A DNA stretch of 32,000 bases from Gemmata obscuriglobus (lineage in GTDB: Bacteria; Planctomycetota; Planctomycetia; Gemmatales; Gemmataceae), in contig NZ_CP042911.1 of NCBI RefSeq assembly GCF_008065095.1, forward strand, positions 6,240,001-6,272,000, written 5' to 3'. Positions within the stretch are counted from its first letter, which is position 1. Every line of letters starts with the position of its first letter. The position numbers were made by a program, and so were the translations under genes. Below, piece by piece: positions 15,870 to 23,989 of this stretch. The notes under the pieces are model-generated. The model searched no databases and was not told the DNA's origin. It saw nothing but the letters and a program-made list of their open reading frames with translations.

Positions 15870-17861
15870 ATGCGGACCTTGGACCCTCGTGCGCAGCGCA
15901 CGGGCATGATGCCCCGTGGCCCGGTTCTTCGACTCGAGACCCTGGAGCAGCGTGACGTACCCGCCATCACGATTCAGATCGATTACACCTACGACACCGG
16001 GTTCTTTGCGAACCGGCCCGACGCCCGCGCCGCGGTCGAGCGGGCGGCGAACGAACTCGGCAGCGCGTTAACCGCGACCCTCGGGGCGATCACCCCGACG
16101 CTCGGGAACACGTGGACCGCCACGATGTTCAACCCGAGCGGGTCGGGTGAGCTGTCGCTTCCGAACCTGTCAGTCGGCGCCAACACGCTCAAGGTGTTCG
16201 TCGGCGCCAAGGCGATGAGCAACAACGAGCAGGGGGTCGGCGGACCGGGCGGGTACTCGGTGTCCGGCAGCAGCGCGTGGATCAGCACGGTGCAGAGCCG
16301 GAACCACGCCGGGTTCGCCCCGTGGGGCGGCAGTTTGTCGTTCGACAGCGGCGCGGACTGGTCCTTCACGTCCAGCGCCAACGGGATCGGAACGAACAAG
16401 ATCGACTTCTATTCCGTGGCGCTGCACGAACTGGGGCACCTGCTCGGGATCGGCACCGCCCCGCAGTGGAACAGTCTGGTGCGCAACGGCACCTTCACCG
16501 GTACGGCCGCGCAGTCGCTGTACGGCGGTCCGGTGCCGCTGACCGGCGACGCCACGCACTGGGCCGACGGCGTTACGATCGGCGGCCAGGCCGTGGCGCT
16601 GGACCCGATCATGCCCCGCGGGACCCGCGTCTCTTGGAGCACCCTGGACACCGCGGCGCTCCGCGACCTCGGCTGGTTCACCGTCGACTCCGGCCCCACG
16701 ACGCCGATCACCACAGTGCCGCTCGGTAACCAGAAATCGGTCGCCTTCACCGGCGGCACGAACGGCACCGTCTCACTCTTCACGGCGTCCAACGGCGTAC
16801 TGGTCGACACCGGCACGCGGCTCACCCCATTTGCGGGGTACGCCGGTGCGGTGCGGGTCGCGAGCGGGGACTTTAACGGCGACGGGGTCACCGACTACGC
16901 GTTCACAACAGGCGCCGGGCCGCAAGCCGTTGTTCAGATCGTGAACGGTCGCGACGGCTCGCTCCTCGTGGGGCAACGGGTCGTGTTCCCGGGGTTCCGG
17001 GGCGGGCTGTTCCTGGCGGCGGCGGACATCGACCGCGACGGGGCCGATGACCTCGTGATCTCTGCGGACGCCGGGGCTGGCCCGCACATCCAGACGTTCC
17101 GGGTGGTGGGCGGTGATCTGGTCGTGCAGTCCAGCTTTTTCGCGTTCGACAATCCGGCATACCGGGGCGGCGCTCGAGTGGCCGCGGGCGACATCAACAA
17201 CGACGGGTACGCGGACGTGGTGGTGACGACCGGCGGGTTGGCCGAAGGGCGTGTCGCGGTTTACAGCGGCGCGAGCCTGCGGAACGGAGCGGCGGCCCGA
17301 CTGGTGCCGGACTTCATCCCGTTCAAAGGGCTGTGGGCCGGGCTGAACGTCGCCGTGGGCGACATGAACGGTGACGGGTACGCAGAACTGGCAATCAGCC
17401 CGGACCGCGGCGCTCCCGCGCACGTGCTGATCTGGTCCGGGTACACTCTTGCCCGGAACTCGGGCACCCAGGCCAGTGCCTTACCGGTAATCGCGAGCTT
17501 CTACGGCCTGCCCTCCAGCGACCATTCTGGCGGTCGGCTCGCGCTCCGCGACACGAACGGGGACGGCCGGTCGGAACTGTTCGTGGCGAGCGGGAATCCG
17601 CAGAACTCCATTGCCGCGACTTACACCTACGAAATGGCGATTGCGGGCGGTCAAGGGGCGACGCCCGCGACACCCTTCAACACACTGGTGACCTACGACG
17701 GTGTGTACGCCGGACTCCATACCACTGACGACGCGACGGAAACGGTCACGGTGGCACCGGTGGAACGCAAGAAATGTACGTGCCACGCGTGTACCGCACT
17801 GGCGCAACTGATCGCAACCGCGACTGGCGCCGAGGCACTCGTTGAAACGATTCCCGTGTGA
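15870..17861 (+). CDS. Secreted-type protein: metzincin-like zinc peptidase domain (HELGHLLG) + FG-GAP/VCBS repeats (663 aa)
   Basis: ATG 15870; ATG-ATG at 15906 is an alternative. ALHELGHLLGIG, and five DxDxDG loops (GDFNGDGVTDY, ADIDRDGADDL, GDINNDGYADV, GDMNGDGYAEL, RDTNGDGRSEL). N-terminal LRLETLEQRDVPA. C-terminal KKCTCHAC. Confidence 0.85.
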   Translation: MRTLDPRAQRTGMMPRGPVLRLETLEQRDVPAITIQIDYTYDTGFFANRPDARAAVERAANELGSALTATLGAITPTLGNTWTATMFNPSGSGELSLPNLSVGANTLKVFVGAKAMSNNEQGVGGPGGYSVSGSSAWISTVQSRNHAGFAPWGGSLSFDSGADWSFTSSANGIGTNKIDFYSVALHELGHLLGIGTAPQWNSLVRNGTFTGTAAQSLYGGPVPLTGDATHWADGVTIGGQAVALDPIMPRGTRVSWSTLDTAALRDLGWFTVDSGPTTPITTVPLGNQKSVAFTGGTNGTVSLFTASNGVLVDTGTRLTPFAGYAGAVRVASGDFNGDGVTDYAFTTGAGPQAVVQIVNGRDGSLLVGQRVVFPGFRGGLFLAAADIDRDGADDLVISADAGAGPHIQTFRVVGGDLVVQSSFFAFDNPAYRGGARVAAGDINNDGYADVVVTTGGLAEGRVAVYSGASLRNGAAARLVPDFIPFKGLWAGLNVAVGDMNGDGYAELAISPDRGAPAHVLIWSGYTLARNSGTQASALPVIASFYGLPSSDHSGGRLALRDTNGDGRSELFVASGNPQNSIAATYTYEMAIAGGQGATPATPFNTLVTYDGVYAGLHTTDDATETVTVAPVERKKCTCHACTALAQLIATATGAEALVETIPV

Positions 17862-17887
17862 GGTTAGGTGAACTTGAAGTGTAGCGT

Positions 17888-17921
17888 CGCGGGTCGCTTC
17901 AGCCGGCTGAAGCGGCCCGCG
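17888..17921 (+). terminator. 34-nt palindrome (17-bp arms, one G-U) downstream of the FG-GAP gene
   Basis: cgcgggtcgcttcagcc/ggctgaagcggcccgcg, 27 nt after the stop. No U tract. Confidence 0.4.
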
Positions 17922-18131
17922 GCGATGCCGATAGTGATCCGTTGGTTGACCCGGCCGGCCGCAACAAGCAGGTTCCGGTCGTTTCCAGTTCGCGCGGCTT
18001 TGGCGATCAGGTGAGGGACGCATACACGCGACCAAATGGAAACGGCTGGATTCTGATGCCCCACATTCGCCTCAATCGGAAGCGAACGCGGGCCGCGCGT
18101 GCTTTAATCACACTCGCGTATCCGATTGTCT

Positions 18132-18374
18132 TCACGAGGCCGGGGCCATTTCGAGCCCGCGAAGCTGACCCGGTTCGATTCGCAACTGAACCTCCGCTGC
18201 GCCCCAACTTTCCCACCATTTCAGGATCAGTGGGCGATCCCGGTGCTCCGGGTGGGTGTCAAGGAAGTCGGCCGCAAGGCGTTCGGGCTCGGTTTCCGAA
18301 CAGTACCAGTGGTCGGCACGAGACAGCGGCCACCAGAGCGGACCTTCGGTTTCGGGCTGGCAAGTCCAGGGCAT
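18132..18374 (-). CDS. Small Trp-rich hypothetical protein (80 aa)
   Basis: ATG 18374 is preceded by GGAGAG (4-nt spacer). MPWTCQPETEGPLWWPLSRADHWYCSE...LILKWWESWGAAEV. Decent GC3 in an otherwise lower-GC gap. No homology recognised. Confidence 0.45.
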   Translation of the reverse strand: MPWTCQPETEGPLWWPLSRADHWYCSETEPERLAADFLDTHPEHRDRPLILKWWESWGAAEVQLRIEPGQLRGLEMAPAS

Positions 18375-18776
18375 AAACTCTCCACAAGGGGGGGCGGTTC
18401 GGCCCGGAAAGGAGAGTGGCATCCGGGCGAAGACGCGCGTGGCAAGTAGTGTGATGGTAAACGCTAGTGGTATCGTGTCAATTGCCAGAAAGTAGTTTTA
18501 CGTCTAACCCTGACTCTTCGTGTAAACCTTTCTTTACACACGCCTGCCGAGGTGACAAACGTCCATCTTGCCAGTGGCTTCCGCCGGCATGTGGCCACTG
18601 AGCGGTGCAGATCGGCATCAAAGCGACCGTGGTATCGCGGCATGCCGCAACAGCCGGGGCTGTACGAATTCTCATACTTTTTTCCGGAGTATGAGGTGTC
18701 CGATCTCAGTACGCTCTCATTCACCACATTGCCCACCTCTCCGGGGCAACCGACGAGCTATTCCCGAGTCACACGT

Positions 18777-20573
18777 ATGCTCGCGCTTCGCTTTGCGGCG
18801 CTCGGCTTGGCCGCACTCCTTGCTGCACCGATCCTTGCCGCCGACCCGGACCTGACCGGCTATCGGACGCTCGAAAAAGCGGTCGTAGCCCCGCCGGGTC
18901 GGTTCAAGGCCGCGGAGGCCGGAGCCGATCCCGCTTTCCTCGGCCTGTCGCTCGCGGCCGACGCGAAGGGGCGGTTGACCGTTGAGTACACGGCCGACAA
19001 CTCGCCCGCCGCCCGCGCCGGCGTGAAGTCCGGGGACGTGCTGTCGGGGGCCGATAGTGCGACCTTCGCCAGCCAGGACGCGTTCCGCGCGTGGCTCGCC
19101 GGCAAGGCGCCCGGTGACCGCGCCCGGCTCGCGCTGCTGCGCGACGGGAAGGCGGTCGAGGCCACCGCGACGCTCGTCCCGGTCAGCCGCCCGACCTCGA
19201 ACGCCAAAGCCTCCCTCGGCATTCAGGTGTCGGCCGCGAAGGGGGGCGGGGTGACGATCGAGCAGGTCGCCGCCGGATCGCCGGCCGCCCGTGCCAAACT
19301 GAAAACGGGTGAGGTGGTGCTGGCGGTCGATCAGACGGAACTGACCGCCCCGGAGAAGTTGCGCGAGGCGCTCGCCGCCAAACGTCCGGGCGATCCCGTC
19401 GTCCTCACGCTGCTCCTGGCCGATAAGCGCGTCGAACTGCAAGTGACGCTCGGCGCGGAAGCGCCCGAGGAGCGGCGCGGCGGCGGGTGGGACGCGCGGC
19501 CCGGCGGGTACTGGACGAAAGAAAAGTACACGGTTGCGATCATCGGGGTCGAGTACCCGGACGTGAAGCACAACGCGGTCATCACGCCCAAGGCCTGGGA
19601 AGAGTCGATGTTCGGCACCAAGTACACCAAATCGGTGACCGGCCAGACCGCCTACGGCAGCATGAAGGAGTACTACGACGAGCAGTCGTACGGCAAGCTG
19701 TCGGTGGTGGGTAAGGCGTTCGACTACGTCGAGGTTAGCAAGAAGCGGGCCGATTACGACAGCGGCCCGCGGATGGCCCTGCTGACCGAGGCGATGGACA
19801 AACTGCTCGCCCGCGAGGGCAAAGACGCGCTCAAGGACTTCGACGGCGTGTTCTTCATCTACGCCGGGGAGCGCTTCCCCGCCGCCCGCGGCAGCCTGTA
19901 CTGGCCGCACCGCGCCAGCATCCGGCACGGCGGCAAGAACTGGCCGTACTTCATCTGCCCCGAGGGCGGCGCGCGGATGGGTAACATCAGCGTGTTCTGC
20001 CACGAGTTCGGGCACATGCTCGGGATGCCGGACCTGTACGCCCGGCCGGAGAACCCCGGGATGGAAGGGGCCGGCATCTGGTGCGCGATGGCCAACCAGG
20101 CCGGCGCCGGGCGCCCGCAGCACTTCAGCGCGTGGTGCAAAGAGCGGCTCGGGTGGATCAAGCCGACGGTGGTCGACCCGTCGGTGAAACAGAAGCTGAT
20201 CCTGGCGCCGATCGAGGACTCGAAGGAGTGTCTCAAAATCCCGGTTCGGGCGGACGGGAGCGAGTACTACCTGCTGGAGAACCGCAAGAAAACCGGGTTC
20301 GATACGAGCCTGCCGGCGGAGGGACTTTTGATCTGGCGCGTGATCGGCGGGCGCCCCGTGCTGCAAGAGTCGCACGGGGTAGCCGGGCCGGCCGGGCCGG
20401 GGTCCTTCCTCTCGTCCGTTCCGTACCCGAGCACAGCAAACGACGCGTTCACCCCGTTCACAACGCCGTCGAGCCGGTCGCAACTGGGCGGCGGGCTACC
20501 GGTGTACGTCACCAACATCCGCCGCCTCGACGACGGCCGCATCACGCTTCAGATCGGGTACGAGTACCAGTGA
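18777..20573 (+). CDS. Secreted PDZ-PDZ-M6 (InhA-like) metalloprotease, catalytic motif intact (598 aa)
   Basis: Signal peptide MLALRFAALGLAALLAAPILAADP. Two PDZ-like modules (SPAARAGVKSGDVL; SPAARAKLKTGEVVL). CHEFGHMLGMPDLY, with HEFGH at 20001-20015. The upstream in-frame 75 codons of the track ORF have poor GC3. Confidence 0.9.
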   Translation: MLALRFAALGLAALLAAPILAADPDLTGYRTLEKAVVAPPGRFKAAEAGADPAFLGLSLAADAKGRLTVEYTADNSPAARAGVKSGDVLSGADSATFASQDAFRAWLAGKAPGDRARLALLRDGKAVEATATLVPVSRPTSNAKASLGIQVSAAKGGGVTIEQVAAGSPAARAKLKTGEVVLAVDQTELTAPEKLREALAAKRPGDPVVLTLLLADKRVELQVTLGAEAPEERRGGGWDARPGGYWTKEKYTVAIIGVEYPDVKHNAVITPKAWEESMFGTKYTKSVTGQTAYGSMKEYYDEQSYGKLSVVGKAFDYVEVSKKRADYDSGPRMALLTEAMDKLLAREGKDALKDFDGVFFIYAGERFPAARGSLYWPHRASIRHGGKNWPYFICPEGGARMGNISVFCHEFGHMLGMPDLYARPENPGMEGAGIWCAMANQAGAGRPQHFSAWCKERLGWIKPTVVDPSVKQKLILAPIEDSKECLKIPVRADGSEYYLLENRKKTGFDTSLPAEGLLIWRVIGGRPVLQESHGVAGPAGPGSFLSSVPYPSTANDAFTPFTTPSSRSQLGGGLPVYVTNIRRLDDGRITLQIGYEYQ

Positions 20574-20620
20574 CCCTAACCGCCACCCACCCGGAACCGC
20601 ACCACCGACGGAGCCCCATT

Positions 20621-22414
20621 GTGACCCGGATCTGCTTCGCGCTCCTCGCCTTCGGTCTGATGACCTCTACCGCCCGTCCGCAGCCCAAGCCTGCCGACGA
20701 CGTGACGGGCTACCGGACGCTGGCGGAAGCGACAACCGCAAAAGTTGTCGCCCCGAAGGGCGGCCCCGGGCGCGTCCCGTACCTCGGCGCGGCGGTGGCC
20801 GCAGCGGCCGACGGTCGCGCGGTCGTCGAGGACGTACAACCGGGCTCGCCTGCCGCGAAAGCCGGGCTGAAGACCGGCGATGTCGTGGTCCGGGTCGGCG
20901 AGAACGCGGTCAAGACGCCACAGGCGTTCCGCGAGTGGCTCCAGAGCTACCGCGCCGGCGATGTCGTTACGCTTGGCGTGTCACGTGACGGCAAGACGAC
21001 GGACCTGACGGCAACGCTCGCGGCCGTCAGCCGGCCGATGACGCGCGGCGGCGGCGCGGCCCCGATCGGGGTAACGCTCGTCGAGGACAAATCTGGCAAG
21101 GGCATCTTTGTGGAAACGGTCCAGAAGGACTCGCCGGCCGCGAGCAGCGGGCTCAAGGCCGGCGACCTCGTTCTGTCACTCGACGGGGCGGAGATGTCGC
21201 GGCCGTCGCGCCTGGGTGAGCTGATCGCCGAGCGCCGGGCCGGGGACGTGATCACGTTCGCCGTGACGCGCGACGGCAAGCCGGCTGAAGTGAAAGTGAC
21301 CCTCGCCGCCGAACGGTCCCGCTCGGGTGCGGGCGTGACCGCCGTTTGGACCGGGCCGTCTCTGCGGTTAGCGGTTGTCTGCGTCGAGTTCGCAGACACC
21401 GCGCACAACGCGAAGATCACGCCCCGCGAACTCGACCGGGCGTTCTTCAGTCAGGACGGCCACACCGGGAAAGATGTGACCGGGAAGGACGTCCACGGGA
21501 GCTTGGGGGATTACTTCCGCGAGCAGTCGGCCGGCGCGTTCCGCCTTGAGGGCAAGGTGTTCGATTGGGTCGCCGTCGCGAAGAAACGGGGCGACTACAT
21601 TCAGGGGTCCGGGACGAGCAACAAAACGGCCCTGCTGGCGGACGCGCTCGCGCTCCTGACCACCCGCGACGGTGACCGCGCCCTCGACGGGTTCGATGCC
21701 GTCGCGTTCGTCTACGCCGGCAGCCGCTACCGCACGAACCGCGGTGCGGTGTACTACCCGCACTCCGGGACGGTGTCGTTCAAGGGGAAGGCCCACCGCT
21801 ACCTGATCGGCGAAGAAGGCGGCACGGCGCTGGCCCCGATCGGTACGTTCGTGAAGCCGCTGTGCGAACTGCTCGGCGTGCCCGACCTGGCCGCCCGGAC
21901 CGAGAACATCGGGTCTGAGGGACTGGGGCCGTGGTGCGCGATGTCGAACACCTTTGAAACGGCCCGACCGCAGCACCTGTCGGCGTGGTGCAAGGAGCGG
22001 CTCGGGTGGCTCAAACCGGTGGTCGTGGACCCGACGGTCAAGCAAAAGCTTGTGCTCTCACCGCGGGAGTGCCTGAAGGTGCTGGTGCGCCCGGACGGGA
22101 GCGAGTACCTTTTGCTGGAATGCCGCACGAAGAAGGGGTTCGACACAGACCTGCCGGCCGAGGGGCTGCTGATCTGGCGGGTGGTTGACGGCCGACCGCT
22201 GCTCGAGGAAGCGCACGGAGTGGAAGGGCCGAGCGGGCCGACGTCCAGCTTGTCGGCGGTGCCGTACCCCAGCCCGGCCAACACCGCATTCACCCCGCTG
22301 ACGACTCCGTCCAGCCGGTCGCCGCAGGGCGGCGGGCTACCGGTCCACATAACGAACATTCGACGCCTGACCGACGGTCGCGTCGCGTTCCAGATCGGGT
22401 ACGAGTTCCGCTAA
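20621..22414 (+). CDS. Paralogue of the preceding gene: PDZ-PDZ-M6-like protein lacking HExxH (predicted pseudo-protease, 597 aa)
   Basis: GTG 20621 with GGAG 7 nt upstream. Signal peptide VTRICFALLAFGLMTSTA. PDZ motifs SPAAKAGLKTGDVVV and SPAASSGLKAGDLVL. The aligned active-site position reads FVKPLCELLGVPDLA (21854-21868). The C-terminal third is near-identical to the upstream gene. Confidence 0.9.
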   Translation: MTRICFALLAFGLMTSTARPQPKPADDVTGYRTLAEATTAKVVAPKGGPGRVPYLGAAVAAAADGRAVVEDVQPGSPAAKAGLKTGDVVVRVGENAVKTPQAFREWLQSYRAGDVVTLGVSRDGKTTDLTATLAAVSRPMTRGGGAAPIGVTLVEDKSGKGIFVETVQKDSPAASSGLKAGDLVLSLDGAEMSRPSRLGELIAERRAGDVITFAVTRDGKPAEVKVTLAAERSRSGAGVTAVWTGPSLRLAVVCVEFADTAHNAKITPRELDRAFFSQDGHTGKDVTGKDVHGSLGDYFREQSAGAFRLEGKVFDWVAVAKKRGDYIQGSGTSNKTALLADALALLTTRDGDRALDGFDAVAFVYAGSRYRTNRGAVYYPHSGTVSFKGKAHRYLIGEEGGTALAPIGTFVKPLCELLGVPDLAARTENIGSEGLGPWCAMSNTFETARPQHLSAWCKERLGWLKPVVVDPTVKQKLVLSPRECLKVLVRPDGSEYLLLECRTKKGFDTDLPAEGLLIWRVVDGRPLLEEAHGVEGPSGPTSSLSAVPYPSPANTAFTPLTTPSSRSPQGGGLPVHITNIRRLTDGRVAFQIGYEFR

Positions 22415-22472
22415 CCTTTGGCGGGCGCCTTCAAGCAGGCATTGGCGGCACACCCTCAGTTGCGTCGCCAAA

Positions 22473-22526
22473 GCAGACGAAGTGTTGGGCGCGAAGACGT
22501 TACTTCGCGCCCAACACTTCGTCTGC
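22473..22526. terminator. Perfect 24-bp inverted repeat (6-nt loop) between convergent M6 paralogue and hemC; right arm is the last 8 codons of hemC
   Basis: gcagacgaagtgttgggcgcgaag-acgtta-cttcgcgcccaacacttcgtctgc. The loop contains the hemC stop (22500-22502). Confidence 0.6.
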
Positions 22527-23417
22527 GCCTTCGGCTAAAAGAATTCCCGCCAGTTCCTGACCAACCGAGAGCGGGGCGCGCATTAACCCCTCGTGCGTTC
22601 CGACGATGCGCCGGCGACCGTCGGGAGAAAGCACCGCACCTCGAACCGTCAGCACCCCGTCGAGTACCTTCGATGTGGCGCCAATGGGCACCAAGCACCC
22701 GCCGCCCAACGCGTACAGCATCGCACGTTCCGCTTGCACCCGCGCGAACGTCGATTCGCACCGCACCTGCGCGAGAACCAGCTTCGTCTCGCCGTCGTCG
22801 CTGCGGCACTCCAGGCCGATGGCCCCCTGTCCCACCGCGGGCAGCATCCAGCTCGGGTCTAGAATTTCGGTGATGCGGTCGGCGAGCCCCAGCCGCGCCA
22901 GCCCGGCCTCCGCTAGCACGATGGCGTCCAGGCCGAGGTCGTCGAGCTTCCTCAGCCGGGTGTCCACGTTCCCGCGCAGGTCCAGCAACTTCAGATCGGG
23001 GCGCCGGTTCAGTACCTGGGCGCGGCGGCGCAAGCTGCTGGTGCCGACCGTCGCCCCCGGGTGCAAATCGTCGAACCGCTTGTGCTTCCGCGAGACGAAC
23101 GCGTCCCCGGTCGGCCCGCGGGGCGGCACCGCGGCCAGTTCCAGTCGTGGCTCGGGGATGGTCGGGAGGTCTTTGAGGCTGTGAACGGCCACGTCCGCGC
23201 GGCCGTCGAGCAGCGCGTTCTGAATAGCCTTGGTGAACACGCCGAACCCGCCCATCGCGGACAGCGCGGACGCCTGGTCGCGGTCCCCGTGTGTCTCGAT
23301 CAGCACCAGCTCAACGGGGCGCGGAGCGACAACCGGCCGCAGCAGTTCCGCAATGTAATTCGCCTGCCACAGCGCGAGCGGGCTGCCGCGGGTGCCGAGC
23401 TTCAGCGGGGCAACCAT
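22500..23417 (-). CDS. hemC: Hydroxymethylbilane synthase (porphobilinogen deaminase, 305 aa)
   Basis: ATG 23417 with AAGGAA SD. LKLGTRGSPLALWQA, RGNVDTRLRKL, LPAVGQGAIG, GGCLVPIG blocks. Its start overlaps the HIT gene stop (TAATG). Confidence 0.9.
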   Translation of the reverse strand: MVAPLKLGTRGSPLALWQANYIAELLRPVVAPRPVELVLIETHGDRDQASALSAMGGFGVFTKAIQNALLDGRADVAVHSLKDLPTIPEPRLELAAVPPRGPTGDAFVSRKHKRFDDLHPGATVGTSSLRRRAQVLNRRPDLKLLDLRGNVDTRLRKLDDLGLDAIVLAEAGLARLGLADRITEILDPSWMLPAVGQGAIGLECRSDDGETKLVLAQVRCESTFARVQAERAMLYALGGGCLVPIGATSKVLDGVLTVRGAVLSPDGRRRIVGTHEGLMRAPLSVGQELAGILLAEGADEVLGAK

Positions 23418-23905
23418 TACGATTCCTTTCGCCGGGGCGCGTTGTTCGCGGTGAGCCACGCGCGGAGCCGCTCGCGCACTTCATCGGGTGGCGCGGTGCC
23501 CGTTTCGAGGCGGCGCTTCTCCGCAGCGTCGGTCTTCGCGCGCTCGAGCGCCAGCCACACGGGCTGAAGGCGCTCGGGATCGTCGGCCGACCGCGGGAAA
23601 ATGTGCCAGTGGAGGTGCGGCACCACGTTCCCGAGCAACTCGTAATTGAGCTTGTGTGGCGCGAAGCACGATTCAATCGCCTCTGCGAGAATCGCCATTT
23701 CGCCCAGAAACGCAGCCCGGTCCGTTCCGAGGTGGCTCAACTCGGATGCGTGTGCGCGAGACGCGAGCAGGCAGTAGCCGGTGTAGAACTGCCACGGACC
23801 GACGAACGCGACCGAATGCGGGAAGTGCCACACCAGCGCCGAGCGGTCGTGCGCGCTGAGATCCGCGACCGTCGCGCACATCGGGCAAGCGGATTCTGTT
23901 CCCAT
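23417..23905 (-). CDS. HIT family protein (162 aa)
   Basis: Histidine triad VPHLHWHIFPR and an N-terminal CPMC zinc-type motif. Confidence 0.85.
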   Translation of the reverse strand: MGTESACPMCATVADLSAHDRSALVWHFPHSVAFVGPWQFYTGYCLLASRAHASELSHLGTDRAAFLGEMAILAEAIESCFAPHKLNYELLGNVVPHLHWHIFPRSADDPERLQPVWLALERAKTDAAEKRRLETGTAPPDEVRERLRAWLTANNAPRRKES

Positions 23906-23936
23906 TCGGTTATGGTAATCTGGGGCGGAAAAGAAG

Positions 23937-23964
23937 AAAGCCCCGGGCGGATACCCGGAGCTTT
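23937..23964 (-). terminator. Rho-independent-type terminator after the TPM/Gly-rich gene
   Basis: Minus-strand RNA reads aaagcuccggg-uauccg-cccggggcuuu followed by cuucuuuucc. Lies 26 nt after the stop at 23990. Confidence 0.55.
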
Positions 23965-23989
23965 CAGTGTTCTGAACCGGGGCACGGGA

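Noticed and set aside
17864-18064. 66-aa minus ORF ending 2 nt from the FG-GAP gene stop (…RITIGIAAGRFSRLKRPATLHFKFT)
   Set aside because: It spans the 34-nt palindrome, has a GTG start without an SD, and has mixed GC3. It could be a remnant, but there is no evidence for a functional gene.
18717-20483. 588-aa minus ORF, and the 225-aa/186-aa minus ORFs at 21368..22359
   Set aside because: They are antisense shadows of the two M6-like genes, whose frames carry signal peptides, PDZ motifs and protease motifs.
20081-20620. 180-codon N-terminal extension of the second M6 paralogue in the track ORF
   Set aside because: It overlaps the 3' end of the first paralogue in another frame and is Arg/Pro-rich. 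GTG 20621 has a GGAG SD and immediately yields a signal peptide matching the paralogue's length.
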